A DNA stretch of 64,000 nucleotides from Dehalococcoidia bacterium (lineage in GTDB: Bacteria; Chloroflexota; Dehalococcoidia; Lucifugimonadales; UBA2985): positions 3,005,700 to 3,069,699 of the forward strand of contig OZ244718.1 in NCBI GenBank assembly GCA_965218945.1, in the 5' to 3' direction. The notes beneath the pieces were generated by a model that saw only the letters and a list, made by a program, of their open reading frames with translations, was not told the DNA's origin and searched no databases. Below are positions 44,284 through 54,269 of the stretch, piece after piece; position 1 is the stretch's first letter, and every line of letters starts with the position of its first letter. The position numbers and the translations under genes were made by a program.

Positions 44284-45162
44284 CTATGCGCCGCCTGGAC
44301 TAACCAGCTGCGCCACCTGAGGCCGCAGATCGCTGATCACAGTCTGGAATATAGGCAAGTCCGGCATGAGCGGGCCGAGCGACTGCTCCCAAGTCTCTTC
44401 GACGAAAGCAAGCATGCGGTCATGGAAGAATTTGTCCGGTCCTGCGAAGAAGACACCCCGGACGGCGCACTTCTCACGCAGCAGCGAGTCGAAGCCTGCC
44501 AGGTTCATTTGGTCTCTGTAGGCGTCAAGCACCCGCCAGAGGTCGTAGTAGTCGCGGGCGCGTGAGCGGCTCCAACCTCTCCGCTCGAACATTTCCGCTT
44601 GTTGCAGGAGCGCTCGCAGCTTTTCGGCAACAATCTCTTCGAGGGAATACACCTTCACTTCTGCGTTGAGCGGCTCGCCGTACTCGTGGATGACCTGCCG
44701 CAGCTCGGCAGGCAGCAGGACTCTCTCATCCATCGTTACCTCGACCATGACACGGGTCTGCAGGCGGCTGTGCCACGGAAACCTCGCTCGGATGGCGAAT
44801 GCTTCCTGACCGCCTGGATGGAGTTCCCTCTCCGTGTAACGCTCACAAGTGATCTCCACAGGAGCGTATTCGTCCAGAAGTCGCACGGCGGTTCCGCACA
44901 CTTCCCTTATCAACCCCTCTATCTCGTTGCCAGTCGGAATCCCTTTCAGCGTTGAGAAGTCCAAGTCCTCAGAGAAGCGGTAGTCACCGAAGTAGCACTT
45001 TCGGAGGGCTGTGCCTCCCTTGAAGACCAGTGTGTCGCGGAGCACGGGCGTCCGGCTAACGCCAGCCAAGATCCAGGACAGCAGGTAGTCGCGTTCAAGA
45101 GCCTCCCAGGGGATGCCGAGGCGTCGGCGTGCTTCCTGTAGGCGCGTGCGGAGTGGTCTCAT
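44284..45162 (-). CDS. abiEii: AbiEii/AbiGii-family nucleotidyltransferase toxin (type IV TA)
   Basis: LVFKGGTALRKCYFGDYRFSEDLDFS signature of DUF1814/AbiEii. Confidence 0.8.
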   Translation of the reverse strand: MRPLRTRLQEARRRLGIPWEALERDYLLSWILAGVSRTPVLRDTLVFKGGTALRKCYFGDYRFSEDLDFSTLKGIPTGNEIEGLIREVCGTAVRLLDEYAPVEITCERYTERELHPGGQEAFAIRARFPWHSRLQTRVMVEVTMDERVLLPAELRQVIHEYGEPLNAEVKVYSLEEIVAEKLRALLQQAEMFERRGWSRSRARDYYDLWRVLDAYRDQMNLAGFDSLLREKCAVRGVFFAGPDKFFHDRMLAFVEETWEQSLGPLMPDLPIFQTVISDLRPQVAQLVSPGGA

Positions 45163-45998
45163 GCCTCAACCATCCTTGGCAGGTTTTCCTGCACCATCCA
45201 ACGGCCATTGCATGGCCCCTTGCGAGGCCCAGTAGAATCAAGCTTGCGGTAGCCCTTGATCGGCAGCGCCGCCAGCTCCTCCAACTCGAACGGGAGAACC
45301 CCTTGGGCTTCGAGCGCCCACCCCAAGCGCTTGGCTGTGGTCACGCCCAGCCTGATGGCGTACTCTGTGATGCGTTCGATGTTCAGTCGAGCCATCGCGA
45401 CTTGGAAGGCGTAGAGCACCTCCCCGAACCCCCCACAGTGCTGGGGCATGGAGAGGCAGTCCAGCAACGTGCGCTCCAAGTCAGACATGGGCACACGGGC
45501 TTCGCCGACCCACAGGTTCTCACTTCCGAAGAAGCGGTCGGGCTTGACCTGGATGAACCGGTACGTTGTATCCCCGACGACGAAGCCGCCTCCGGCCCTC
45601 TCCTTCCCTTCCTTCCTCGGACGTGGAACCCAGGCATCCGTCGTCGTGAGGACGAAAACATCCCTCGGTATCTGCTCCGTCAACCCATGATGGTGCAGGG
45701 CCGACCAGTGGGAAATCATGGCTGGGTCCACCAAGGCCGTGGCTATCTCGAATTCGTGGGCGTCCGCAACCCCAGGGACCGTGGGAGAGAGCGCATAGAG
45801 TCCTCGCCGGAGGGGGACGATCCAGTCGTTCTTACGGAGGTGGTACAGCGCTTCGGTGAGGTAGGAGTCCTTCAGACCTACACGCGGCGCGAGCTCCCTG
45901 GCCCGCTCCGTCGTGAAGATGCGGTCTCCCTCATAGGCGAGCAGCCGGACCAGTTCGATGCCGACCAGAGATTGCTTGGGCTTTGTGCTAACCGTCAT
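45159..45998 (-). CDS. abiEi: AbiEi-family antitoxin/transcriptional regulator
   Basis: N-terminal wHTH. 4-nt overlap with abiEii. Start set at MTVSTKP (45998). Confidence 0.7.
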   Translation of the reverse strand: MTVSTKPKQSLVGIELVRLLAYEGDRIFTTERARELAPRVGLKDSYLTEALYHLRKNDWIVPLRRGLYALSPTVPGVADAHEFEIATALVDPAMISHWSALHHHGLTEQIPRDVFVLTTTDAWVPRPRKEGKERAGGGFVVGDTTYRFIQVKPDRFFGSENLWVGEARVPMSDLERTLLDCLSMPQHCGGFGEVLYAFQVAMARLNIERITEYAIRLGVTTAKRLGWALEAQGVLPFELEELAALPIKGYRKLDSTGPRKGPCNGRWMVQENLPRMVEA

Positions 45999-46039
45999 TG
46001 TACGTATCCCAGGGTTACATCTGGGTGAGAAGCAACTGC

Positions 46040-46068
46040 TTGCAAATTTACAGCGAAACTTGGATAAT
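46040..46068 (+). promoter_or_regulatory. sigma70-type promoter for the methyltransferase cluster
   Basis: TTGCAA, a 17-nt spacer, then GATAAT, 45 nt upstream of the ATG at 46113 (RBS GAGGGAGAG). Confidence 0.5.
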
Positions 46069-46112
46069 GTCAAAGATGCTGTGTTCCTGAGCTAACTATT
46101 GAGGGAGAGTCG

Positions 46113-49100
46113 ATGACCTCACCTACCGCCAATCAGACATCCGCATACCTCGAAGCCACATTCGGCCTTGGGCGCGACTGGACGTCGCAGGCAGGGCAGT
46201 CTGCAACGGTCTGGGAGACGCCTGCTTACCATCTTCTGTGGTTCAATGATGCAGCGAGCGATGTGGAACTACGGAGACTGTGGGAGGCACGGAAAGGCCG
46301 TCAAGCCTATCCGGTTGTCTTGCTGGCCCCATCAGACGACGCAAACAAACTGCGGGTAGCTGGGCCGCAGGATGCCCGGCCCATTCGGGAGTTGCCAGTC
46401 AGCCGAGTCCTCGACCTATTGGAGACGAGCCGCAGTCTGGCGGCCCGTGAAGCGGCATCGTTCCTGGCCAGGGAGTTCAGCCGTCTTGAGGAGGCAGTGG
46501 TTCCCGGGCTGCGGGTCAAGGACCTCCTCACCCCTCATTTCATGCGGGAGCGCCTGCGCCGGCCCATCAACGAGCAGCGATTGTCCGGCGCCGTCGATGG
46601 TATCGCTTCTATCGGCAGCATTGCATGGCGCTCACTGTTCCAAGGCATGGGCTACCAGGTGGAGCAGCTTCCCCAGCGCGGTTACTTGCTGAGGCACGAC
46701 AATGCGCCGGTTGCTGTGGTGCATCCTCACCGGGACGCCTCCCAGTTCAGCAGCCTCACGGACAACGGAGAACTGCCCGAGGGAATGGTGCTGGCGGACT
46801 GCGGGCAGCACGGGGCGCATTGGGGCATCCTGGCGGCGGAGGGCCGCTACCGGCTATTTCAGCGACGGCCTCCGGTAGGACCGGCGACGGGTCAGCACGT
46901 GGAGTTAGACCTAAGAGAGTTGGAGCGGAGCGACCGCTTCTATCTGGGTCTACTTGCCCCAGAGTCATTGAAGGAAAAGGGATGGCTGACCGATTGGGTC
47001 GGTGAGGCGAAGGACTTTGGTGAAGAGCTGCGGAAGGGGCTCGAGGAGCGGCTCATCAAGGACGCGCTGCCCAACATTGCGCGTGGGCTGGGTGAGTATC
47101 TTGAATCGCAGGGCGCAGATATGCGTGACCGGGAGCAACTCCGGCAGATAGAGGAGGCGGCGCTGACGCTGGTATTCCGGTTCATGTTCCTGTTGCACAC
47201 CGAGGCTCGCGGTTATCTCCCCATCGGCTCGGCGGCCTACCGGCCCCACAGCGCACGCCAGCTTGCCGAGGACTCCCGGCTGGCGCTGTCGTCGCTCAGC
47301 CGGAGGGCTACCCAGCGGTGGGACCGACTTCGGACACTGGTACGGATGGTGCGCACCGGAGATCGCTCGGCCGGAGTGCCCGCCTACAACGGCAGCCTCT
47401 TCGCTGCCGATGGCTTCCCTGGCAGCGCATTGCTGGAACGGGCCGAAATCGCCGACGTCCACCTCGCTCCTGCACTCGCGGCGATCGCCTACGAGACGGA
47501 CAAACCCGACGCTCCTGGACTGGATTACGCCGGCCTGCAAATCGGCCACCTGGGCGCCATCTATGAGGCCCTTCTCACCCTGAGGCTCACCCGCGCCCCC
47601 GAAGACCTGGCCTACGATTCCAGGCAGGATATGTTCCGCCCCGTCCGCGCCGGGGAGCAGCCGGAGGTGACCAGGGCTCAGCTCTACTACCAAGCCGAGA
47701 CGGGCGGACGAAAGGCCGGAGGCGTGTTCTACACGCGGCATGAGTTCGTGGATCACCTACTCAACCATTCGCTGCTGCCCGCCCTCGACGACCATCTGGC
47801 CGAGGTCAAGAAGGTCGCCCAGCAGGACTCCACCGAGGCGACGCGGCGGCTGTTCGACTTCTCGGTAGTGGACCCGGCGATGGGCAGCGCCCACTTCCTT
47901 ACGGCGGCCTTGGACATGATTGCTGACCGCATCGAGATCTTCCTCGCCGAAGTCGGCGGCCTGCCCGGTATTGCCCAGCTACTGAAGGAGTTGAGCCAGG
48001 ACAATGGGACGGTCTCTCAGCAGCCGGAGGACGGCGACCTGCTGCGGCGGCTCATACTCAAACGCTGCATCTACGGCGTAGACCTCTCCCCGATGGCGGT
48101 GGAGGTCGCTAACGTCACGCTCTGGCTGGCGTCCTTCGTTCCCGGCTTGGCCCTCTCCTATCTGGGCAGCAACCTCAAGTGCGGCGATGCCCTCATCGGC
48201 GTGGCCGATCCGTCCGTGGTCGGCGCCAGCGACAGCCCTCTCTTCACAGGCCAGACCGTGCGGAACGCCATGGACCACGCCGCCGCGCTCCAGCGGGAGC
48301 AGGCCGCTATCCCTGACCGGACGCCGGAAGAGGTCAAGCAGTCAGAGGAATTGGGAACCCGTCGGGAGGAAGCCACCGCAGGTCTGAGAGCGGCCTTCGA
48401 CCTGTGGGCGGCGGAACCACTTGGATTGACCGTCGAAAACAAGTTCATCGCGAAGAACGGAGATCTCCAAGAGCGTGTTGGTTCCCGTCATATACTGGAG
48501 AACAACGCGGCCGCTATTGTAGAGCGGCGTGAGACCCCAGATGTATCCGAAGTTGTAGCCAATGCCTCCGCCATCGCCGCCCAGTACCGCTTCTTCCACT
48601 GGCCCCTGGAGTTCCCCAACGTCTTCCACAGGGAGCATCCTGGCTTCGACGTGGTGGTCGGCAATCCACCGTGGAACGAGATAACCGTCGAGGAACTCGC
48701 CTTCTATGCGCTGCGCGAGCCTGGACTGCGGGGATGGTCGAATCTGGCTGACAGAAGAAGGCGCATCGCCGAGCTTGATGTGGAGAATCCTGGCTGGCGG
48801 GGGGAGCTTGAGGTACAGCAGGAACAAATGGCGACACTGCGGCAGTTCTTCTGGAAGAGCGGAGAGTATCACCTTTGGAGCGTGGGCGACCGGGACCTGT
48901 ACCAGCTCTTTTGCGAACGCTATGACCATTTAATCCGCCAGGAAGGGCGATTAGGTGTGGTGCTTCCTAGGAATGCATTCTTGGCGGAAGGGGCCAAACG
49001 ATTCAGACAGTGGCTCTTTACTCGCAACAGCCTGCGGCGTCTCGACCTCCTGCTAAATAACCGAAGTTGGGCGTTCACTATTCATCCGCAATATACGATT

Positions 49101-50138
49101 GCGCTGTTGACTGGCCAACGCCACACTCCAACCGGTCAGGCCGCCTTTCAAGTCACCGGTCCGTCAGCGAGCCTTGACGAGTTTCAGGCATCCGCTCAAG
49201 GCGATGGTATTACCATCCCTACGTCCTCCCTGGGTAGTGCCTATGTAGTGCCTCTCATGCCAAGCCAAGTGCACGCCGACGTGCTCGCCAAGCTGCGGCG
49301 CGGCATCCAGTTTGACGCTCTTCAAAATCCCGAAAGTCAAGAAATTTCAAGAGGGCGCGCTGCTGCGTCTCATGCAATTCCGTATAGGGAGCTAGATGAG
49401 ACGCAGCAGCGCGCCCTCTTCTCACATTCCCAAGGCGTTCCCGTATGGAAGGGTCGTTCGTTCAATCAGTACGCACCACATGGCAGTGAGCCAGCCGGAT
49501 ACGCCAAGTGGGATGAGGTCTTTTCCTTCGCACAGCAGAAGCGGATGCGATCTCCCGTCTTTAAGCGGATTTTTTCCAAAGAGGTCCTAGCCGATCCCAA
49601 GACCCATCCGATGAACCACTGCCGCATTGCCTTCCGAGACGTTACACGAAGCACTGACTCCCGCACCGTAAGAGCCTGCTTAGTGCCACCGCGAGTGCCT
49701 TTGACGAACAGCGCACCATACTTGGTGTTTGCGGGGTGGCTGCCACTATCTCAAGCGAGTTTACTTGGCGTACTGAACAGCACACCTTTTGACTGGCTGG
49801 CTCGCAGATATGTCGAGATTCATCTCAATTTCTATGTTCTCAACAGCCTTACCTTTCCTCCACCGGCCAACACTCCCTGGCAGCGCATCGGTAGGTTGGC
49901 TGCCCGATTGTCCTGCACGGACGAGCGGTTCGCTGAATTCGCTGCTGAGGTAGGGGTGGAGTGCGGGGTGTTGACCGAGGCTCGGCACAACGACATGCGG
50001 GCAGAGATAGATGCCCTCGTCGCACGCGCTTACGGTTTGACCGAGGACGAGTTGCGCTTCATCTTCACCGACTTCACGGAGAACGCGGTCAGCCCCGCCT
50101 ACCGGCGGCAGGTTCTGGAGAAGCTCGAGGGCCTGTAG
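46113..50138 (+). CDS. large (1341 aa) gamma-class N6-adenine DNA methyltransferase, Eco57I/PglX/type IIG-like
   Basis: Motif I VVDPAMGSAHFL, YGVDLSPMAVEVANVTLWL and motif IV VVVGNPPW. About 550-aa N-terminal region of unknown function. About 470-aa C-terminal TRD-like region (LNSTPFDWLARRYV..HLNFYVLNSL.FPPP). Confidence 0.8.
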   Translation: MTSPTANQTSAYLEATFGLGRDWTSQAGQSATVWETPAYHLLWFNDAASDVELRRLWEARKGRQAYPVVLLAPSDDANKLRVAGPQDARPIRELPVSRVLDLLETSRSLAAREAASFLAREFSRLEEAVVPGLRVKDLLTPHFMRERLRRPINEQRLSGAVDGIASIGSIAWRSLFQGMGYQVEQLPQRGYLLRHDNAPVAVVHPHRDASQFSSLTDNGELPEGMVLADCGQHGAHWGILAAEGRYRLFQRRPPVGPATGQHVELDLRELERSDRFYLGLLAPESLKEKGWLTDWVGEAKDFGEELRKGLEERLIKDALPNIARGLGEYLESQGADMRDREQLRQIEEAALTLVFRFMFLLHTEARGYLPIGSAAYRPHSARQLAEDSRLALSSLSRRATQRWDRLRTLVRMVRTGDRSAGVPAYNGSLFAADGFPGSALLERAEIADVHLAPALAAIAYETDKPDAPGLDYAGLQIGHLGAIYEALLTLRLTRAPEDLAYDSRQDMFRPVRAGEQPEVTRAQLYYQAETGGRKAGGVFYTRHEFVDHLLNHSLLPALDDHLAEVKKVAQQDSTEATRRLFDFSVVDPAMGSAHFLTAALDMIADRIEIFLAEVGGLPGIAQLLKELSQDNGTVSQQPEDGDLLRRLILKRCIYGVDLSPMAVEVANVTLWLASFVPGLALSYLGSNLKCGDALIGVADPSVVGASDSPLFTGQTVRNAMDHAAALQREQAAIPDRTPEEVKQSEELGTRREEATAGLRAAFDLWAAEPLGLTVENKFIAKNGDLQERVGSRHILENNAAAIVERRETPDVSEVVANASAIAAQYRFFHWPLEFPNVFHREHPGFDVVVGNPPWNEITVEELAFYALREPGLRGWSNLADRRRRIAELDVENPGWRGELEVQQEQMATLRQFFWKSGEYHLWSVGDRDLYQLFCERYDHLIRQEGRLGVVLPRNAFLAEGAKRFRQWLFTRNSLRRLDLLLNNRSWAFTIHPQYTIALLTGQRHTPTGQAAFQVTGPSASLDEFQASAQGDGITIPTSSLGSAYVVPLMPSQVHADVLAKLRRGIQFDALQNPESQEISRGRAAASHAIPYRELDETQQRALFSHSQGVPVWKGRSFNQYAPHGSEPAGYAKWDEVFSFAQQKRMRSPVFKRIFSKEVLADPKTHPMNHCRIAFRDVTRSTDSRTVRACLVPPRVPLTNSAPYLVFAGWLPLSQASLLGVLNSTPFDWLARRYVEIHLNFYVLNSLTFPPPANTPWQRIGRLAARLSCTDERFAEFAAEVGVECGVLTEARHNDMRAEIDALVARAYGLTEDELRFIFTDFTENAVSPAYRRQVLEKLEGL

Positions 50139-50163
50139 GGTGTAGCCGAGAGGCAAAACGATA

Positions 50164-50904
50164 GTGTTGCTAATGAGCGAGCTTGCAAGGGGAGTTGATC
50201 ACTCCATCGGCAACATACGGAGGAGCGTAAAGGCATACGTCTTCGATGGAGATGACTCGGCATATCGCGTTGTGGCCGTAGAGTTGAGGAAACTGCTTCT
50301 GGATACCAATGCAGCCGCATCATTTGCTCCTAAAGTCAAGAAAGGGAAGAATAAGCGGAGTCTCTTTGAATTGCATTACGGCAGTGGCAAGAACATACTT
50401 GTGCGATCCTTCATACCAGAGCAAGAGGACAAGGAGAGCCCCGAATCCAACGACTATGTCGCGGTTTCGCCAAACATTTACCCGAACCGAACCGACATAC
50501 TCTGGACAGCGACGCATGGCGGCAGGCTAGTTAACCTCATTGCTTGGTTGGATGAACCCTTCGTCCACAACAACAGTGGAGCCGTGATGAAGGTTCGAAC
50601 AGTCTTGCATTACATAGCGGGCAGAGAGGGAGCTCACATCATAAGCTCAAAGGGGAGAGATGAGAGAGAAGACGTCAGGATTGCGTTCTCTGCCAGTCCA
50701 GTCGCAACTGAAGACGTGCCGTCCCTTGAATTCGTCGAGCACTGGGAACAATTCGTCATAGATGCAGGGATGAGATTGCTCGATGCGAGGAGGGCAGCAA
50801 ACGGACATCCTCTAATAGCGCACGGCGTCTCTGTACCAGAGAGGCAGGTCACAACAACGAGACTTGAGAAGATTAGACCGGGTATACGAAAACTGAGGTC
50901 CTGA
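50164..50904 (+). CDS. hypothetical protein (no recognisable motif), embedded in the methyltransferase/helicase cluster
   Basis: 246-aa ORF, co-directional, with 26-nt gaps to both neighbours. Visibly AT-richer than its neighbours. Confidence 0.5.
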   Translation: MLLMSELARGVDHSIGNIRRSVKAYVFDGDDSAYRVVAVELRKLLLDTNAAASFAPKVKKGKNKRSLFELHYGSGKNILVRSFIPEQEDKESPESNDYVAVSPNIYPNRTDILWTATHGGRLVNLIAWLDEPFVHNNSGAVMKVRTVLHYIAGREGAHIISSKGRDEREDVRIAFSASPVATEDVPSLEFVEHWEQFVIDAGMRLLDARRAANGHPLIAHGVSVPERQVTTTRLEKIRPGIRKLRS

Positions 50905-50930
50905 GCAAGCAGCAGGGGGGAGGACTTTAC

Positions 50931-53900
50931 TTGACTCAAGGCTCCTATGAACTGGTGGACAACGTTGACTACGGCAACCACCAGCAAGCCTTGGCGTGGC
51001 TGGCGGAGCACTACGCGGGGCCGCTGAATGTGGCGACAGGTTACGTCGGCCTGGAGGGGCTGGACGCACTGGCCAGGATTGCGGCAGACCGAAGCGCGGG
51101 CGGACGGCTCCTCATCGGAGCCGCGCCGTCGTCAGAGGACTTGATGGGTCCGGTAGGAGAGACGGTAGCTGACCGCTTCGAGCAATCGGTGTTGGCCCTG
51201 CGCCGCCAGCGTGACTTCTCAGCGTTCCCTGCCGCACGGCGAGCCGTCCTTGAGCGGGTGACCCGCTTCTTCGAGTCCGACGATGTTGCGGTGCGGCGGT
51301 ACGTTCGGCGCTTCCTCCACGGCAAAGCCTACATTATCGGTGAGTTGAGCGAATCTGGGTCCCCGGTAGGACCAGGAACATCTCTGGTTAGTTCTGCCAA
51401 CCTTACGCAGGGCGGCCTTGTCGCCAATCTCGAACTGGGCATGGTGCATTACCAGCCCAACGTCGTTGGCATGGCATTGGGCTGGTACCAGCGGCTGTGG
51501 GACGACGCCCAGGACTTTCGCGAGGAACTGTTGGAGCTATTGCGTCCGCCGTCCCTGGAGAGCGATCCCCAGACTGTGTTCCTACGTGCGCTGCTCGAAC
51601 TCTACGAGGGTGAGTTGGACGACGATGTATCTCTCCCTGACCTGCACGCCCTCACCGCTTTCCAGCGGGACGGGTTGGCGCGAGCCAAGCGGATTCTGGA
51701 TCGCTACGGCGGCGTCCTCTACGCCGACGGCGTGGGCATGGGCAAGACGGAGATAGGCATCCAATTCATCAGGGAACACACTCGGGACCTCGGACAGCAC
51801 GTGTTGGTCATATCCCCGGCGCAGCTTCGCGACCGCCTCTGGCAGCAGCGCCTCAGCGAAGCGAACCTGCCAGGAACCGTGGTGTCCTACCAGCAGTTGG
51901 CCCAGGACCGGCAACTGTCCTCCGACGGAGGGCAAAGGGTCCTACCAGTGAACAAGGACGTGTACCGGTTTGTCATCATCGACGAAGCCCACGCGTACCG
52001 CAACGTAGACAACACCTGGTATGCGGCGCTGGACCGGCTTATGGGAGGAACGCCGAAGAAGTTGCTGCTCCTGACCGCGACCCCGGTCAACAACTCCCTA
52101 TGGGACCTGCACAACCTCTTCCTGCTGTTCGGCCGGCACGATGGGGCCTTCAACGCCGAACCACTGCGGATTCCCAGCCTGCGGAAGTTCTTCGCCGAGT
52201 CCGGCGCATCCAAATCCGAGAACCTATCGGAGGCAAAGCTGTTCCCGTTGATAGACGCCCTGACTGTCCGACGGGACCGGGCCTTCATCAAGGAGCGGTA
52301 TCGCAACGAGCGATTCGCCGACGGGACGTTGGTAAAGTTCCCTGTCCCGGAGTTGGAAGAGCGCCGCTATGACCTGGACAGCGCGCACCCCGGCATCGTG
52401 CAGTTCATCTACGACAGACTAGACCCTGAGAAGAGAGACAGCCTGAAGATGACGCGGTACCGACCGTCAGCCTATAGAGTGGACAGGGAAGGCGAGTCGG
52501 CGTCGGAAGAGGCGCTGGCAGGGCTGATGCAATCGCAGCTGCTGAAGCGCTTCGAGTCGTCCTGGTACTCGGCCCTGCAGACGGTGACCAGGATGAGGAA
52601 CGGCAACGACGTGATGCTTCGGGTCATCTCGGAGCGGGGAGTCGTGCCGCCGCCGGACGTGATCAGAGACCTTGTCGGCGATGTAGGCCAAGACGACACT
52701 TTCCTTGCCACCGACATCATCGACGACGCGCTGGCTGGGTCGGAGGGTGGCGTCCCCACCGACATGTTCAACGACCAGTTCTTGGCCGACTTGGAGAATG
52801 ACAGGGACATTCTCGCGGAAATGGCGGAGCTGTTGGCGAGATTGGAGAACGGCACGGACCCCAAGCTGGACGCCCTCCAAGACGTAATGACCGCAACGCC
52901 GTCGAAAAAGGTCGCCGTCTTCACCGCATTCCAGGACACGGCAGCCTACCTAAAGCAGTGCATAGAACGTCAACCGGCCCTGCTGGGGGGTCGCGAATGG
53001 ACTGTGGCCGTCGGCTCAGACACCAGCGCCGACGCCCGCACCAGGGAACTCGAACGATTCTGCCCGGAGTCGGTGACCGGCGAGCAGGGCTTCGTCCCGG
53101 AGGGGGGTGAGGTCGATGTCATCCTTAGCACCGACATCCTTTCCGAGGGGCAGAACTTACAGCAGGCCCAGGCTGTGCTGTCTTTCGACATGCCCTGGAA
53201 TCCGCAGCGAGTGGTGCAGCGCAACGGTCGCATCATCCGCCTGCGCAGCCCCCACGACACAGCCTACCTCTATACCTTGCTTCCCAAGCAGGGCGACCTG
53301 GATCGGCTGCTAAAGTTGGAGGCCAAGCTCCAGTCAAAGATCATGGCGGCGAACGCCTCGGTGGGCATGGAAACCCCGGTACTGGCCGACGTGGAGACGG
53401 AATCCCAGGTGTATGCTGACCTGACCACCTTCGCCGAACGTCTCGCCAGTGGGGACGCCACTCTGCTGGACGAGCGGGAGAGCGGCGGGGAGACCGGCTC
53501 GGCATTCGCCGGCGAGCTCTTCCGCTCATATCTCCGCCGCGCTGCGGAGGAGGGCGAGATTGCCAGGCTCAGGGACCTGCCTTGGGGCATAGGCGCCGCT
53601 TTCGTGCAGCGTTTGCCGACACTGGCCGAACCGGCGGTATTCTTCGCCTGTCGAACGCGCAGAGATGAGCGCTACTGGCGCATCGTGGGGCAATCTGGAG
53701 AGATCCTGCACAGGGAAGACCTGCCGATGTTGCGGCTGATAGACCCGCACGAGCAGCCCGGCTGTCCCCTCCCCGACAGTCTGGACTTGGAGCGTCTGTT
53801 TACCATAGCCGCCGCCGACATGTGCGCGGTGCACAATGCGCTGTTAGACCCAGAAACCCGATTCGCATCCTTGCCCGCCAGCCAGCGTTGGGCGCTGGAC

Positions 53901-54173
53901 GTACTGCGCTCGCCGGATGCCCCCGCCGGGGAGGAGTACGACGAGGCTGACCAGGCCCTCTCAGTCGGCAGGAACAACTTGGTGCGGCGCGAGCTATCGG
54001 AGTTGCGCCGGGAGTACGAAGGAGGGGGTATGAGCGCGACAGATGGCGCTCGGCGCATCGTCGAAGTCGTAGCGCGGTTCGGCCTGCGCCCGGTCGAGGC
54101 CCCGCAGGCCCCCGAACCCATCACCGAGGATGATCTGGGAGTGGTTTGCTATCAGGTGGTGTTGCCGGCGTGA
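50931..54173 (+). CDS. PLD(HKD)-nuclease / SNF2-family helicase fusion
   Basis: HKD motif FLHGKAYIIG ... SLVSSANLTQGG. SNF2 motifs YADGVGMGKTE, FVIIDEAHAYRN and LLLTATPVNNSLWDL. Helicase-C motifs LSTDILSEGQNLQ and VQRNGRIIRLRS. TTG start behind a GGGGGGAGGA RBS. Confidence 0.85.
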   Translation: MTQGSYELVDNVDYGNHQQALAWLAEHYAGPLNVATGYVGLEGLDALARIAADRSAGGRLLIGAAPSSEDLMGPVGETVADRFEQSVLALRRQRDFSAFPAARRAVLERVTRFFESDDVAVRRYVRRFLHGKAYIIGELSESGSPVGPGTSLVSSANLTQGGLVANLELGMVHYQPNVVGMALGWYQRLWDDAQDFREELLELLRPPSLESDPQTVFLRALLELYEGELDDDVSLPDLHALTAFQRDGLARAKRILDRYGGVLYADGVGMGKTEIGIQFIREHTRDLGQHVLVISPAQLRDRLWQQRLSEANLPGTVVSYQQLAQDRQLSSDGGQRVLPVNKDVYRFVIIDEAHAYRNVDNTWYAALDRLMGGTPKKLLLLTATPVNNSLWDLHNLFLLFGRHDGAFNAEPLRIPSLRKFFAESGASKSENLSEAKLFPLIDALTVRRDRAFIKERYRNERFADGTLVKFPVPELEERRYDLDSAHPGIVQFIYDRLDPEKRDSLKMTRYRPSAYRVDREGESASEEALAGLMQSQLLKRFESSWYSALQTVTRMRNGNDVMLRVISERGVVPPPDVIRDLVGDVGQDDTFLATDIIDDALAGSEGGVPTDMFNDQFLADLENDRDILAEMAELLARLENGTDPKLDALQDVMTATPSKKVAVFTAFQDTAAYLKQCIERQPALLGGREWTVAVGSDTSADARTRELERFCPESVTGEQGFVPEGGEVDVILSTDILSEGQNLQQAQAVLSFDMPWNPQRVVQRNGRIIRLRSPHDTAYLYTLLPKQGDLDRLLKLEAKLQSKIMAANASVGMETPVLADVETESQVYADLTTFAERLASGDATLLDERESGGETGSAFAGELFRSYLRRAAEEGEIARLRDLPWGIGAAFVQRLPTLAEPAVFFACRTRRDERYWRIVGQSGEILHREDLPMLRLIDPHEQPGCPLPDSLDLERLFTIAAADMCAVHNALLDPETRFASLPASQRWALDVLRSPDAPAGEEYDEADQALSVGRNNLVRRELSELRREYEGGGMSATDGARRIVEVVARFGLRPVEAPQAPEPITEDDLGVVCYQVVLPA

Positions 54174-54269
54174 CTTATTAGCCACTTGGTTCTCGGGTGG
54201 TGACTATGGTATTGCTGGCCGTAGTGCGCCCCTTGATTCCAATCGTTTCTTAGCCTACTCTGAGGTATT

